Below, one piece after another: positions 13,694 through 25,496 of a DNA stretch of 64,000 nt; the first letter of the stretch is position 1; each line of letters begins with the position of its first letter. The stretch lies in NCBI RefSeq assembly GCF_006345805.1, contig NC_043007.1, forward strand, positions 7,068,001 to 7,132,000. Direction: 5' to 3'. Both the position numbers and the translations under genes were made by a program. The notes below the pieces were generated by a model. The model was not told where the DNA came from and made no database searches. It worked only from the letters and a program-made list of their open reading frames with translations. The DNA comes from Octopus sinensis (taxonomy: Eukaryota).

Positions 13694-14624
13694 CACCAAC
13701 ACACATATGTGCATGTGTGTAGGTGTGTATACATGTCTGTATTAGTGATCTGCAGGTTTTACACAGAGACACAATGGTCGCGAGTTTCGTACATTGGCAT
13801 TATCAAAGTTGTCATCACATGAAACAGTCGGCCCGTGGTGGTCCCCTCTGTAATTTCCACCAATCATTTATGAAAAAAAAAAGACAAGGTATATGCTTTT
13901 GTTTTGAGTTCCAGTTTCGTGTTTGGCTCATTTTCCTTCTTGTAACCATTGCAAGACGCCAAGAAAGAAAGCTATATTCTTGAGGCAAAGGATACTTTGA
14001 TCACATGGTTTACATTGTCGTTAGGAGGCACTTGTTAACACACTGAAGATTCGATTAGAATGCGTAAAGAGAAACATTTAGAGTGGGGAATACATTCTGA
14101 AGAGAAATTAAGAAGATAAGGGGGGGAAATCAAAAATATGTAAGGGGTTGGGAGAGTTAGAAGTAAAGAACTGAAGGAAGGTTATTTCACAGGAGATTTT
14201 CAATAGAACTATTTTTGCTGAGTCAGAGAGAGAGAGAGAGAGGAATGAAGAATGGTGTTTGGATGGGATAGTATAGAGAGAAGTGGGCGAAGTATTTGTG
14301 GTCGAAAGGAAGAAAAATATATGCGTAAGTAAATGGTGTAGTAGTGAAATTGAGAGTTTAGAGGAAAAGAGGAAGAATGATAGAAATGACTACAATCTAG
14401 GAATTAAGGACTGCATACTGGTGAGCGAACGCGTGTGTAGTCTATGAACTTGTGTAGACGCATTTACTTGTGGGAATCGGTGAGGAGGTAGGCGAATTAG
14501 GTGAAATCTTCGGTTATAAACAGTAAGGAAAGAAACAGATATAAAATAAGAAATAAATTATAGGGTATATGTTTGTGGTTAAAGAGTTAGGTGTTGTGAG
14601 GGTAAATAAAGGGAAATGTCTACG

Positions 14625-15420
14625 AGAGCAATCCAATGTAGAAGTTTTCCACGGATTCCAACATTTGCCAATTTTGAGAGTAAGATATTATGGTGAAACC
14701 TGTCGAACGCTTTACTGAAGTCAAGATATATGACATCAGAGTTCGACATTGTTCCCAAGACTATCTACAATATGGTGTTAGAGCAATGTTAGATTGTCCC
14801 TGGCACTGCGAAAACCGTGCTGATTTGCATTTAGGAGTTTGTGGGTCTCCAGGAAGTCAGCTATCCTTGATCTTAACACTCTTTCAAACACTTTAATGAT
14901 GTGGGAGGTGAGTGAGATTGGGTGATAGTTGTCTGCGAGAGATCTGATTCCCTGTTTGAAAACCAGAATGACAGACAGGGATAGGAAATGTTTCGGTCCC
15001 TGAGTCTAAAGAATTTCTCCAGAGGTTGGTCAGAGGGAGTGCAATTTAGTGTCTACATTCCTTCAGGAGACTAGCGGGGAATTTATCAGGGCCTACAGCA
15101 GAATAGTATTTGACCTCATTTATTGCTGCTAAGATCTCAGAGGTAGTGATGGTTATGTACCAGCTTTTATGTTGGGAATTGACTTCGTTCGCTTCTCTTA
15201 GGTCAATATCAGTGGGATCAGTAAAGACAAAACAGCATTCTTTCTGCAGTATTTCTGCCATTTCTTTAGCATCGGAAATACCGTTTTCGTCGATTAATGG
15301 TCCAATGGGTGAGGCAGTGGTTCTATGCCTATTTGCATAATAGTAGAACACTTTTGGATTCTGTTCGATTACCCACTGTTCCTCCGCAGATCTTTGATTT
15401 TCAGTGGAGGTTTTGATGTC
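14625..15420 (-). mobile_element. CR1/L2-superfamily LINE reverse transcriptase fragment
   Basis: NPKVFYYY, SAVGPDKFPASLLKEC, NYHPISLTSHIIKVFE, QHGFR, DVIYLDFSKAFD, GIRGKLLHWI. Confidence 0.9.
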
Positions 15421-15475
15421 GGTCTGCATGTGCACACACACACACACACACACGCATATATATATATATCTGTAA

Positions 15476-15527
<52 letters not shown>

Positions 15528-15532
15528 GAGAG

Positions 15533-15734
15533 AGAAAATAGTAATAAGTGAAAAAACTACAGAAGGCTTGTTTTAAAAGGTTAAAAAATATAGATTTGAG
15601 TCAATATGTCTGAAGAATGTTGTCAATTTTTTTCTTACAATGACATAGTTTAGAAGAAATGACCGGTTTCGCGTTCAGTTTTTCAAATTTCTATATATTC
15701 AACCACGTGCTTTCACAAACCAACTTTCTCATCT
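15533..15734 (-). mobile_element. Short PLE terminal-repeat derivative (family B, related to 19111-20597)
   Basis: 15533-15692 is homologous to 19150-19322. 15697-15730 is the inverted copy of the tail at 19116-19148. Flanked by microsatellites. Confidence 0.75.
15655..15692 (-). ncRNA. Hammerhead-like motif with U3-A8 core variant (family B)
   Basis: Reverse complement: agaaat-TTGAAAA-ac-tgaac-gc-GAAAC-cg-GTC-atttct; 6-bp stem I, palindromic ACCGGT. Confidence 0.6.
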
Positions 15735-15829
15735 ATATATATATATATGCGTTTTGTCACCTACCAATTTCTCTAAGGTTTGTATATATATATAATACAT
15801 ATTTATATATGTATATACATTATATATAA

Positions 15830-15879
<50 letters not shown>

Positions 15880-15974
15880 CATGCTATGCATATATATATA
15901 GACACATATATATACATATATATATACATATATATATACATACATATACATATACATACATATAATAACATATA

Positions 15975-16008
<34 letters not shown>

Positions 16009-16168
16009 TATGTATATATATATACATATATATATATACATATACATACATATATATATTTATATATATATACCACCACATACACATATATATATATATA
16101 TATACATATATATACATATACATATACACATACACCACGAATATATATACATATATATATATAGCTAG

Positions 16169-16201
<33 letters not shown>

Positions 16202-16223
16202 GATATTATATATATGGATATAT

Positions 16224-16280
<57 letters not shown>

Positions 16281-16344
16281 CATACATATATATATATATA
16301 CATATATATGGATATATACATACATTATATATATATATACATGG

Positions 16345-16811
16345 GAACTCAATTTGTACTCCTTGGAACGAAGACGAGAGAGATATGCAGTGATATACAT
16401 ATGGAAAATCCTGGAGGGACTAGCACCAAATTTTGGAATTGAGAGCTGTTCAATCCCCGTACAGGACGTCACTGTGTGGTGCCAAAGGTCCCGTCTTCCA
16501 CATCCAGGGTAAGGAGCAGATACTGTAATAGCCTGGGGTTCAGGGCCCTCAGCTTTCAACAAACTGCCAAGAAAACTAAGAGATCTGCATGATGCGGATG
16601 TGGACTTTTCAAAAAACATCTAGACAAGCTGCTTCCGGGATCCCAGATGAACCCACTGCAAGGTACGAGGGTAACCTAAGGGCAGCAGCTACACAACTCT
16701 CTCTTAGATCAGTGGCCAGCCACGGCAAACTGGACTTAGAGGGGTAGCAACAAGGGCGGTGCCCCAGCATGGCCTCAGCGGATGGCTGAAACAAGTAAAA
16801 GAGTAAAAGAG
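16345..16811 (+). mobile_element. 3' end of a CR1/L2-like LINE
   Basis: [46 protein letters not shown], ending in (taaaagag)n. Confidence 0.75.
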
Positions 16812-16817
16812 TATATA

Positions 16818-17090
16818 TAAAATATTATTCGAGACAAAACCACTATTTTGCAAAACAAACAGGGAAAGACTTAATCAATACATAAAATTTTAATAAATAG
16901 TCAAAAAAACCGCCACTACAATCGTTTTATTAAAATTTTATGTATTTGATTAAGTCTTTCCTTGTTGTTTTGCAAAATAGTGGTTTGTCTCGAATAATAT
17001 TTTATTAATATTTTACTATAAAATCGATTTAATCCTAAATCTGATTTTTTCCGTGTAAATTTGGATTTATTCCCTATATTTATTATTATA
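16818..17090. mobile_element. Family A fold-back copy with the HHR-bearing centre deleted
   Basis: The left arm stops at ccactacaatcgttt and resumes as the inverted arm plus the same ~80-nt tail. Confidence 0.85.
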
Positions 17091-17599
17091 TATATATATA
17101 TATACTATATAATACATACATATATATATATACATACATATATATATATATATACATATATATGGATATATACATTACTAACAAATTATATACATACATT
17201 ATATATATATATATATATATCTATGGATACATAGAGTATATATATATATGTAATATATATATATATATGGATTACATATTATATATATCTATATTATATA
17301 TATATGTATGTATTATATGTAGTATATATACCATATTAGTATATATATATATGTAATGTTATATATATATATATGTATGTCTATATATATATATATATAT
17401 ACATGTATGTATATATCCATATATATGTATATATTAGCTATATATATATATGTATATATATTCGATGTGTGTATGTGTATATATGTATATGTAGATATAT
17501 GTATATATATATATATAATGTGTATGTGTGTTGTATATATATATAATATATATATGTATGTATATGTATATATATATTGGTATATATCTATATATATTA

Positions 17600-17646
<47 letters not shown>

Positions 17647-17733
17647 GTATAGGTATGTATATGTATATGTATGTATATATTATGTATATATATGTATATA
17701 TATGTGTATATATATATATGCATATATGTATAT

Positions 17734-17782
<49 letters not shown>

Positions 17783-18632
17783 CTATATATAGTATATACA
17801 TATATTAAATATGTATATATATATATAAACACCTTAGAGAAATTGGTAGGTGACAAAACGCACCCTCAACCCTATCCAGAGATGATGGACATCGATGTTC
17901 CGCCATTTTCTGGCTTGTCAATATCACGTTTTTGATGCGGATGGGAGGTGAATCATTTTACCAGTCCATCACTTCTATGCTGATCGCTTTGAAAACCGTT
18001 TGCGCGTATCCTCGGACAATGCATACAGAAGAAGAAATTCAAATATGAATACTCAAAATACACGATGCATGTACGTTAAGCACATATGGTTAATAGTATT
18101 TGTTAGACTAGTACTGCTCCTATTTCATATTCATACACATACACACATCTTAGTATACTCAATTTTCCAGCGTTTGAATCTTTGCTCGCGTACAGGGCGA
18201 CATCTTTCTCTGCGAGTGTCTAATAAATGTGTATCTAATCATTGTTGCAATGTGTTTAATCCTTGTTGCAATGTGTATATTCTGTTGAAGCAAACATTTA
18301 AGGATGCCCTCTGTTTCCATCGCTCAGTCTCATACAGCAAGCCTACTCTCTTCTATATAATTTGAGATTTCTACAAAAAATTCACTCAACTGTTTAGATT
18401 GGGATTATGTCACTCTTAAAGGCGCATTTATTAACAAATTCCATGGATATTGTTATTTAAAGGATGTTTTGTATCACATTTATAAACCTCTACAGTATTT
18501 GCACAACCATCATATTCACTATCTTCTCACGGTTATGATACTGAACAGCCTAAGGTATTGTTCTCTTCTAAGTTTCCACGTACATTCTATATTGCTGACC
18601 TGGTTTATATATATATATATATATATAATATA

Positions 18633-18664
<32 letters not shown>

Positions 18665-18667
<3 letters not shown>

Positions 18668-19100
18668 ACCACTACATGGACATCCATTATGCTACAAGTA
18701 GATCCGCTACGATCTTACCACTAAGAAACGAATGTTCTCAAGAAAAATTTAGCAAACACTAGAACGTAAGCGAGCAAGTCAAATGAAAAGAAACAAAATA
18801 TAGATTTTAAAAATCTATATTTTGTTTTAAAAAAATCTATATTTTGTTTCTTTTCATTTGTCTTGCTCGCTTACATTCTGGCGTTTGCTAAATTTTTCTT
18901 CAGAACATTCGTTTCTTAGTGGTAAGACCATAGCGGATCTCTTTCTAGCATAATGGATGTCCACGTAGTGGTCATCCTTGTTATATGAATGTAAAATTAT
19001 TTTTCTGAATCTTCAGATTTTAGTATGTTAGACCACTGGTTTTAAATTGATATTAATCAAATTAATATTCAATGTTTCACCCTTATTATTTTTAATTTAT
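18665..19100. repeat. Imperfect palindrome (~150-bp arms) plus one-sided tail, between (TA)n tracts
   Basis: atgaccactac.. (18665) pairs with ..gtagtggtcat (18975); the centre has a duplicated aaaaatctatattttgttt. Confidence 0.85.
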
Positions 19101-19287
19101 ATATATATATAGATAAGAAAGTTTGTTTGGTAAAGCACGTGGGTGAATTATAAGAAAATAGTAAAGTTGAAAAAACGACAGAAGGCTTAATGTTAAAAAT
19201 ATATATATTTGTGTCAAAATGTCTGGAGAATATTGCAAAAATTTTTTTTCCCTTTCCTTAAAATGACATAATTTTAAAATTTTTAAA

Positions 19288-19322
19288 GAATTACCGGTTT
19301 CGCGTGTAGCTTTTCAAATTTC
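19288..19322 (-). ncRNA. Hammerhead-like motif with U3-A8 core variant (family B)
   Basis: Reverse complement: gaaat-TTGAAAA-gc-tacac-gc-GAAAC-cg-GTA-attc. Confidence 0.65.
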
Positions 19323-19557
19323 TTGTGACGTTATGTTTATATTGCATGGAATTATCGTTGTTTTTATTTCCAGGAGTTTCTAAATAAGGGGAGGTAGTGA
19401 GTGATTTTTTCGTGGTAGGGGAGATAATCGCTTAAAAAATGTTTTTTCCCTTTTCCTTGTTAATTTCTCTGTGTCAGTATGTTCGGATGGTTGAGTCTGG
19501 GTTTGTACTTTTCAATGAAGAATGTTTCCTTGTTCAGTCTCATTTGTGTTGATGATC

Positions 19558-20285
19558 AGACATTACCCAGCTCAACTCATAGAGGATGGGATCAGACTGC
19601 AACAGAAATCAACATAGAAACTTAAGAAAAGTTCAACACACAACACAACCTTCCCCGAAAATACTACCTTACATATCTACATACAACCCCAGAAACAAAG
19701 AAGCCTTCACCATCATCACCCAGAATTTACCAATACTTCATAAAACCCCAAATTAAAGGAAATTCTAAACCATACACCAAATCATTAAATCTACAACAGC
19801 CTAAATCACTTAAAAAGATTCTCACAAAGGCAAAATTGTCTTCTAAAATTACGGATGCAAAAGTAAAAAAATGTGGTAGATCGAACTGTGCAACATGTCC
19901 TAACCTATTGGAAGGATCAGAATTCTTCTTAAAGAGGGACAGAAATTTAAGATCAAATCTAACTTTACTTGTGCCTCTGAAAACATAATTTATGTATTAA
20001 ATGCTCGGGCTGCCACCAGACTACGTGGTTCCACGGGACTATCACTCAGGCGGCAGATGCACACTGCATCGACAACAGATTGCATTCCCAGAATATAAAC
20101 TGATACCTTTTAGTGAGCACATTGAGAAATGCGCAAAGCAACTACTGCCACAATTTTTAATCTTCCCATTTTACCAATGTGCTTTCGGATCATCAACACA
20201 AATGAGACTGAACAAGGAAACATTCTTCATTGAAAAGTACAAACCCAGACTCAACCATCCGAACATACGGACACAGAGAAATTAA
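19558..20285 (+). pseudogene. PLE ORF C-terminus: RT thumb end, Cys-rich linker, GIY-YIG endonuclease (frameshifted)
   Basis: HYPAQLIEDGI, LPYISTYNP, KCGRSNCATC, FTCASENIIYVL.CSGCHQ.YVVP, LHRQQI..SEH, RLNKETFFIEKYKPRLN. Confidence 0.85.
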
Positions 20286-20418
20286 CAAGGAAAAGGGAAA
20301 AAAATTTTTTAAGCGATTATCTCCCCTACACCGGAAAAATCACTCACTACCTCCCCTTATTTAGAAATCTCCTGGAAATAAACCAACGATAATTCCATGC
20401 AATATAAACAAACGTCAC

Positions 20419-20457
20419 AAGAAATTTGAAAAGCTACACGCGAACCGGTAATTTCTT
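20419..20457 (+). ncRNA. Hammerhead-like motif with U3-A8 core variant (family B, sense copy)
   Basis: aagaaat-TTGAAAA-gc-tacac-gc-GAAC-cg-GTA-atttctt; 7-bp stem I; one A of GAAA missing, possibly a homopolymer error. Confidence 0.55.
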
Positions 20458-20999
20458 TAAAAATCTTTAAATTATGTCATTTTAAGGAAAGGGAAAAAAA
20501 GTTTTTCCAATATTCTCCAGACATTTTGACACAAATATAGATATATTTTTTAACATTTAAGCCTTCTGTCGTTTATTCACACTTTACTATTTTCTTATAT
20601 ATATATATATATATATATATACGCTCATACACGCACGCATACACACAAACGCACACAAATATACACACGCACATACACACACATACACACACTCACACAC
20701 GCACACACATACTTCAAGCTGCCAGTCAAACACCTTTCTACTGACCATTCCCCTCTGCACATGTGAAGAGAGACACAACTACACAAAAGACCACCACACC
20801 TCTTACCATGCTGCTGAATTCTTCCTACATCATTAAGAGACACAAAGTTCACTCACAAATACACGTAAAAACAACCCACACCACGCACGCAACACATAAA
20901 CACACACACACACACACATACACACAGAGACTTGCGCGCACACACTTACCCACACATACACACACACAGACTTGTTCGCACACCCATACACACACAGAC

Positions 21000-21263
21000 C
21001 TCCTTCTGTTGCATTCTCCTCTCTTAGGAAGAAATTTTCTTCACCCATTCTCTTCCGATCATTTCAAGATGTAACCATGTGTGAATCGTTGGCAATTTCT
21101 TTCCCCCGTCTTCCTTTTCTATTGGACTTTCCTCTATTTCAGAAGAAGAGCTTTGCTCGAAATGTTAAACCATCTTTGTTTCCTTCCCTGAGCGTCTCCT
21201 AATACTTTACATGTACCACGTCCTCGCTTTGATTTTTGTGTCTGTTCCCCGTTTTTGTGGATT

Positions 21264-21270
<7 letters not shown>
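21000..21270 (+). mobile_element. PLE-like terminal repeat (family E) with decayed HHR at 21137-21169
   Basis: ttt-CAGAAGA-a-gagc-ttt-gctc-GAAAT-GTT-aaa. The tail ccacgtcctcgc..ggatttactata recurs at 41880-41940, and a related gagc..cgaaacgttaaa lies on the minus strand at 55192-55220. Confidence 0.5.
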
Positions 21271-21347
<77 letters not shown>

Positions 21348-21579
21348 TATATATATAAATATCAAGTACAGAACAGCACCACGAATGAAACATTCGTAAA
21401 CATATAATGAGATTCAAGTACGGGACAGAATACGAATAGAAGTCTAACCCTCCTCAGTTGTCGTCTGTAATATTACTCCCTATTTCGAACTTTCAGCGAG
21501 ATCACATGAAAAATCTCGTAAAAGAAACACTAATGCGAACTATATATGAATGTGTGTGTGTGTGTGTGTGTGCATAAAC

Positions 21580-21700
21580 AAGAAGCAATTGGCCTAACGG
21601 TTATGTTGTCCTCATTATTATAAACTCGTACGTTCGATTCCTCGGTGGAGCAGTGAATTGTGTCTGTGAGCAAGACACTACATTCAACGTTCCTGCTGCT
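21580..21700 (+). mobile_element. SINE family 2 head, degenerate
   Basis: gttcgattcc B box followed by tgtgtctgtgagcaagacact. Confidence 0.55.
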
Positions 21701-21743
21701 ACGGTTGATGCTGCTACTACTACTACTACTACTACTACTACTA

Positions 21744-21796
<53 letters not shown>

Positions 21797-21809
21797 TGAA
21801 TAATATTTA

Positions 21810-22030
21810 TAATAATTGTCTCAAATTTTGACAAAAGGCCAACAACTTTGGAGAAAGGTGTCAGTTGATTACATCGACCCCAGTACTCAGCTGGTACCTG
21901 TTTCATCGACTCCGAAAGGATGGAGGGTAAAGTGAACCTTGGTGGAATTTGTACTCAGAACGTAAAGACAGGCGAAATGCCGCTAAGCACTCTGCTTGGT
22001 GTGATAACGATTCTGCCAGGTCGCCGCTTA
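21810..22030 (-). mobile_element. SINE family 1
   Basis: atcgaccccagtactcagctggtac..atcgactccgaaaggatg..ggcgaaatgccgctaagca. Confidence 0.75.
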
Positions 22031-22109
22031 GCGATCCGGCATAAATATAGAGAGACATTTTCTGGAAAATTCTAACGATTCCAGCAAATAATAAATTATT
22101 TTTATCCCA

Positions 22110-22680
22110 ATGATCATCATCATCTTCATGCTTATTACATTGATCATTCTTATCAGCTGGAATGGGATTTTTATAGCTGTTTTGAGAACCGCTATCACCC
22201 ATATCATCATCCTCGTCGTCCGCGTCGTCATCACCACCACCACTATCATCGTCATCATCATCATCTTCATCACGAACACCACCACCAACAGTATCGTCGT
22301 CATATTCATCATTATAATCATCACCAACACCACCACCATCGTCATCATCATCACCAACACCGCCACCACCATCACTACCGTCATCATCATCATCACCACC
22401 ACCACGACTATCATAGTCATCATCATCATCATCATCATCGTCACCACCACCACCACTATCATTGTCATCATCATCATCATCATCATCGTCGTCACCAATA
22501 CCACTATTGCCTTCGGCACCATCAGCAGCACCAGCACGAGCAGCATTACCATTACCAGCAGCGCGAACAAGAACAGACATCAACCCCACCATCCAAAATC
22601 CCCACACCCACCAACACTAACCTACCACTTCGATAATCATCACCCTTTTTCTCGTCGTCGTCGTCGTCGTCATCTTCACT
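22110..22680. repeat. Degenerate (CAT)/(CAC)/(CGT) trinucleotide low-complexity tract
   Basis: Direct inspection; explains the overlapping D/G-, M/V- and I/T-rich ORFs. Confidence 0.9.
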
Positions 22681-23468
22681 ACGGCACGTTTTGTATCCAT
22701 TAAATTCCCGAACGCTTTAATAGTTTCTATATATGGCGACGTTTGTATTCCTTTGTCATTGATTATCGTTTAAGTAGCAGTGTTAAATAAAACTTGTGGT
22801 ATAATTGGGTTACTAATCATTTTAATGACCACACCTCACACAAACGCAAACGACACACACAAAGAATCACCCAAACATAAACCTTCATATCTACACAAAA
22901 CGTGCATACAAACAGACTAGCAGACATTCTGATAGCCACAAATCATACACAACTAGGAATGTATACAAATACACAGATACACAGATAGGCCTTTGTATTT
23001 CTCTCGTCACTTCTTTGATAATCTAAGTTGTTATTGCATGCCTTCGCCTGTTTCCAGCCGGACTCGCAACAGACTAGATTGTGAGAATGGTGACACATGT
23101 GTTTAAGTCTTATATTGTTAACACTGTCACTATTTTGCTATCAGGGTTTACAATGATAAGACTTCCAGTGTGTATATCAACTCTCAACGTGGTCGTAGAT
23201 ATTTGTGTCTGAGGTTGTGTGTGTGTATGTGTGTACGTGTGTGTTCGTGTAGGCACATGTGTACGCGTGTTTCTACAAAGATTTGTAAACACACTTCGTG
23301 TTTTGAATAGATTTGATTTGAAAGATTCTTACCGTAAATTCGTGTGTTGAAACAAATTTTGTGTCTACGAAGCATCAATTTTCCAATAAAAATCAACTGT
23401 TTAGTTGTGGATAGGTTTGCATATATAGCTACATATGAGAAGCTATATAGGTGTACATATACAGTTAT

Positions 23469-23502
<34 letters not shown>

Positions 23503-23506
<4 letters not shown>

Positions 23507-24187
23507 CAACAATTGAGGGTAAAATTAATTAGTTATTAATCAAGTAGTGTTCAGTATGTAAAAGGACCATTTAAGGCGAATTCAGAATATTATATTATAT
23601 AATTAGGGCTTAGTAAAATAAATTACTTTGCCACATACTGAACTTTCTAGAAATAGCAGCCAAAAAGTCTTTTAGCCATTTCCACCACTTTAAGAAAATT
23701 TCTCTCAGATAATGTTTACTCATAAATAACTCACGAAGGTATGGAGGTCAAAAACAGAAAAATATTACAAGTACAAAGATCATTTGAGAACGTTAACGTT
23801 TCTAGGTTAGCCAAATAAACTCAGCATTTCTTTCGTCAGCTCAACATTTCTTAATTTGGATTTGGAAGCACTAAAAGGAAGAACATACCCTTCGGCGACG
23901 TATCACCTCAGATGAACACGCTCAGACTGCCAGTACTAACAAATTCAAAATGCGCAAGCGAAGATTCCTGCTCTCTCCCCTTCCACCCACGGGGGTTATC
24001 TAGTAAACATATATTTTAACGGTGAGAACCGAAGCAATAGAACAGAGAGAAATGAATTATAATATCAACAATTGAGGGGAAAATTAATTAGTTATTAATC
24101 AATTTCACCAAAAAAAAAAAACTTTTGGGCTGCTATTTCTAGAAAGTTCAGTATGTGGCAAAGTAATTTATTTTACTAAGCCCTAAT

Positions 24188-24197
<10 letters not shown>
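23503..24197 (-). mobile_element. PLE-like non-autonomous element (family C) with direct and inverted terminal pieces
   Basis: 23503-23543 is directly repeated at 24063. 23590-23670 is inverted at 24121-24197. Internal HHR and (TA)n flanks. Confidence 0.7.
23784..23844 (-). ncRNA. Type-I hammerhead ribozyme motif (family C)
   Basis: Reverse complement: ttgag-CTGACGA-aag...cta-GAAAC-gttaac-GTT-ctcaa; perfect 5-bp stem I, 12-nt palindrome AACGTTAACGTT; stem II weak. Confidence 0.7.
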
Positions 24198-24247
<50 letters not shown>

Positions 24248-24249
24248 CG

Positions 24250-24760
24250 AGTGAAATTAAGGACAAACAAGTTAGGCAAGTCGATATACAAGATATGTTA
24301 AATACATTTAATACAAAAAATGTACATATATCTACATATAAAAAGGTCGGATTCACACAGAATACAAATGAAAGCAGGAATTAAGGGGGTTGAAATGAGT
24401 TTTACAAGAACAACAGCTGTTTCTGGAGGCATTGTGGACCAAACTAATGACTGGAAATTCATTCCATCATCGGATAATACCATCCTCCGTCTTCAGAGAA
24501 TAATTTTACATTTGAGGTATTGACAGAATTGAATTTAAAGATGGAATGATTTTGTGGAGAGCTAATGGAATTAGGAAGAGGTGTTGGGTGTATTTCAGTA
24601 GAGATTTGTGGCAGGAAAAAATAGAGTTCAGGGTTCGGATTTATAATGAGGCTAATGATAGTAGAGATGGATATTAAAAGGAAGGGTTAAGGGTACTTTA
24701 AGTAGTATGCGAGGGATAGAGAAAATGGGGTGGACTGTTCTTTGAGGGGAATCAGTTGAC
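24250..24760 (-). mobile_element. PLE-like terminal repeat (family D) with HHR-like motif at 24409-24499
   Basis: Reverse complement CTGAAGA-cggagg...cctcca-GAAAC-agct-GTT. Homologous to 42700-43010; purine/pyrimidine skew. Confidence 0.55.
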
Positions 24761-25237
24761 TGGATCAGTATGTGTGTGTATGCATGTATATACGTTCGTG
24801 TGTGTACATGCAGGTGTGTGTATATGTATGCATGTGTGTACGTACGTAAGTATGTATTCTGCGTATGAGCTTGTGTGTGCATGTTTCTGTGTTTGTAGAT
24901 GTGTTTCCGCCTCCTTTTTATGTGTGCTTGTCTGTCCGTATTACCTATGTACCTATCTATCTAATTACCTATGCACCTATCTGTTTACTTACATATCCAT
25001 TTATCTACCTACATTCATACATATATATATATATGTATATATATATACTTGTTTGCATGTACTTGCGTATGTATATTCTGTGGGTATTGGGGAATCACTA
25101 AATTTTACGTTAGTGATTGAAGACAGAAACACATGACCATACACACACGCACACAGTCCACGTACACATGTGCACTCACAGGCATACATGCACGCGGACG
25201 CACACACGTGCGCACAAACAGACAAAAGATATATATA

Positions 25238-25302
<65 letters not shown>

Positions 25303-25434
25303 TATATACTGATAGAAATGGTAAGACAACAAAAGAATGAAAGAGACCCCGATATTATGTAAATAGATGAATTTATTTGTAAATGTAATACGTGACATTA
25401 TTCGGTAGCCATGGTAGCATTTTTCTGATGGCCG

Positions 25435-25496
25435 GATAACTGAAGAGATGGCGGCGTGGATTTCCACCCTGACATCCGAAACTCGGAGTTTATAAC
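25435..25496 (+). ncRNA. Hammerhead-like motif, imperfect
   Basis: ataa-CTGAAGA-gatg...catc-c-GAAAC-tcgga-GTT-tat; stems I and II are off by one nucleotide. Confidence 0.5.

Larger units (their letters stand above)
15780..17826. repeat. Long degenerate (TA)n/(TACA)n microsatellite block with nested insertions
   Basis: Direct inspection. Confidence 0.95.
19111..20597 (+). mobile_element. 5'-truncated Penelope-like retroelement (Neptune-like) with inverted pseudo-LTR (family B)
   Basis: 19149-19557 is the near-identical reverse complement of 20188-20597. GIY-YIG coding region lies between. (TA)n on both sides. Confidence 0.9.

Noticed and set aside
15729-17935. Many YI/IY-rich ORFs here and across the window
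   Set aside because: Translations of (TA)n, (CA)n, (CT)n and (TATG)n microsatellites.
21903-22703. Long ORFs of 180-234 aa with D/G-rich and signal-peptide-like sequence
   Set aside because: Trinucleotide repeat open on both strands and running into a SINE; no domain or splice support.
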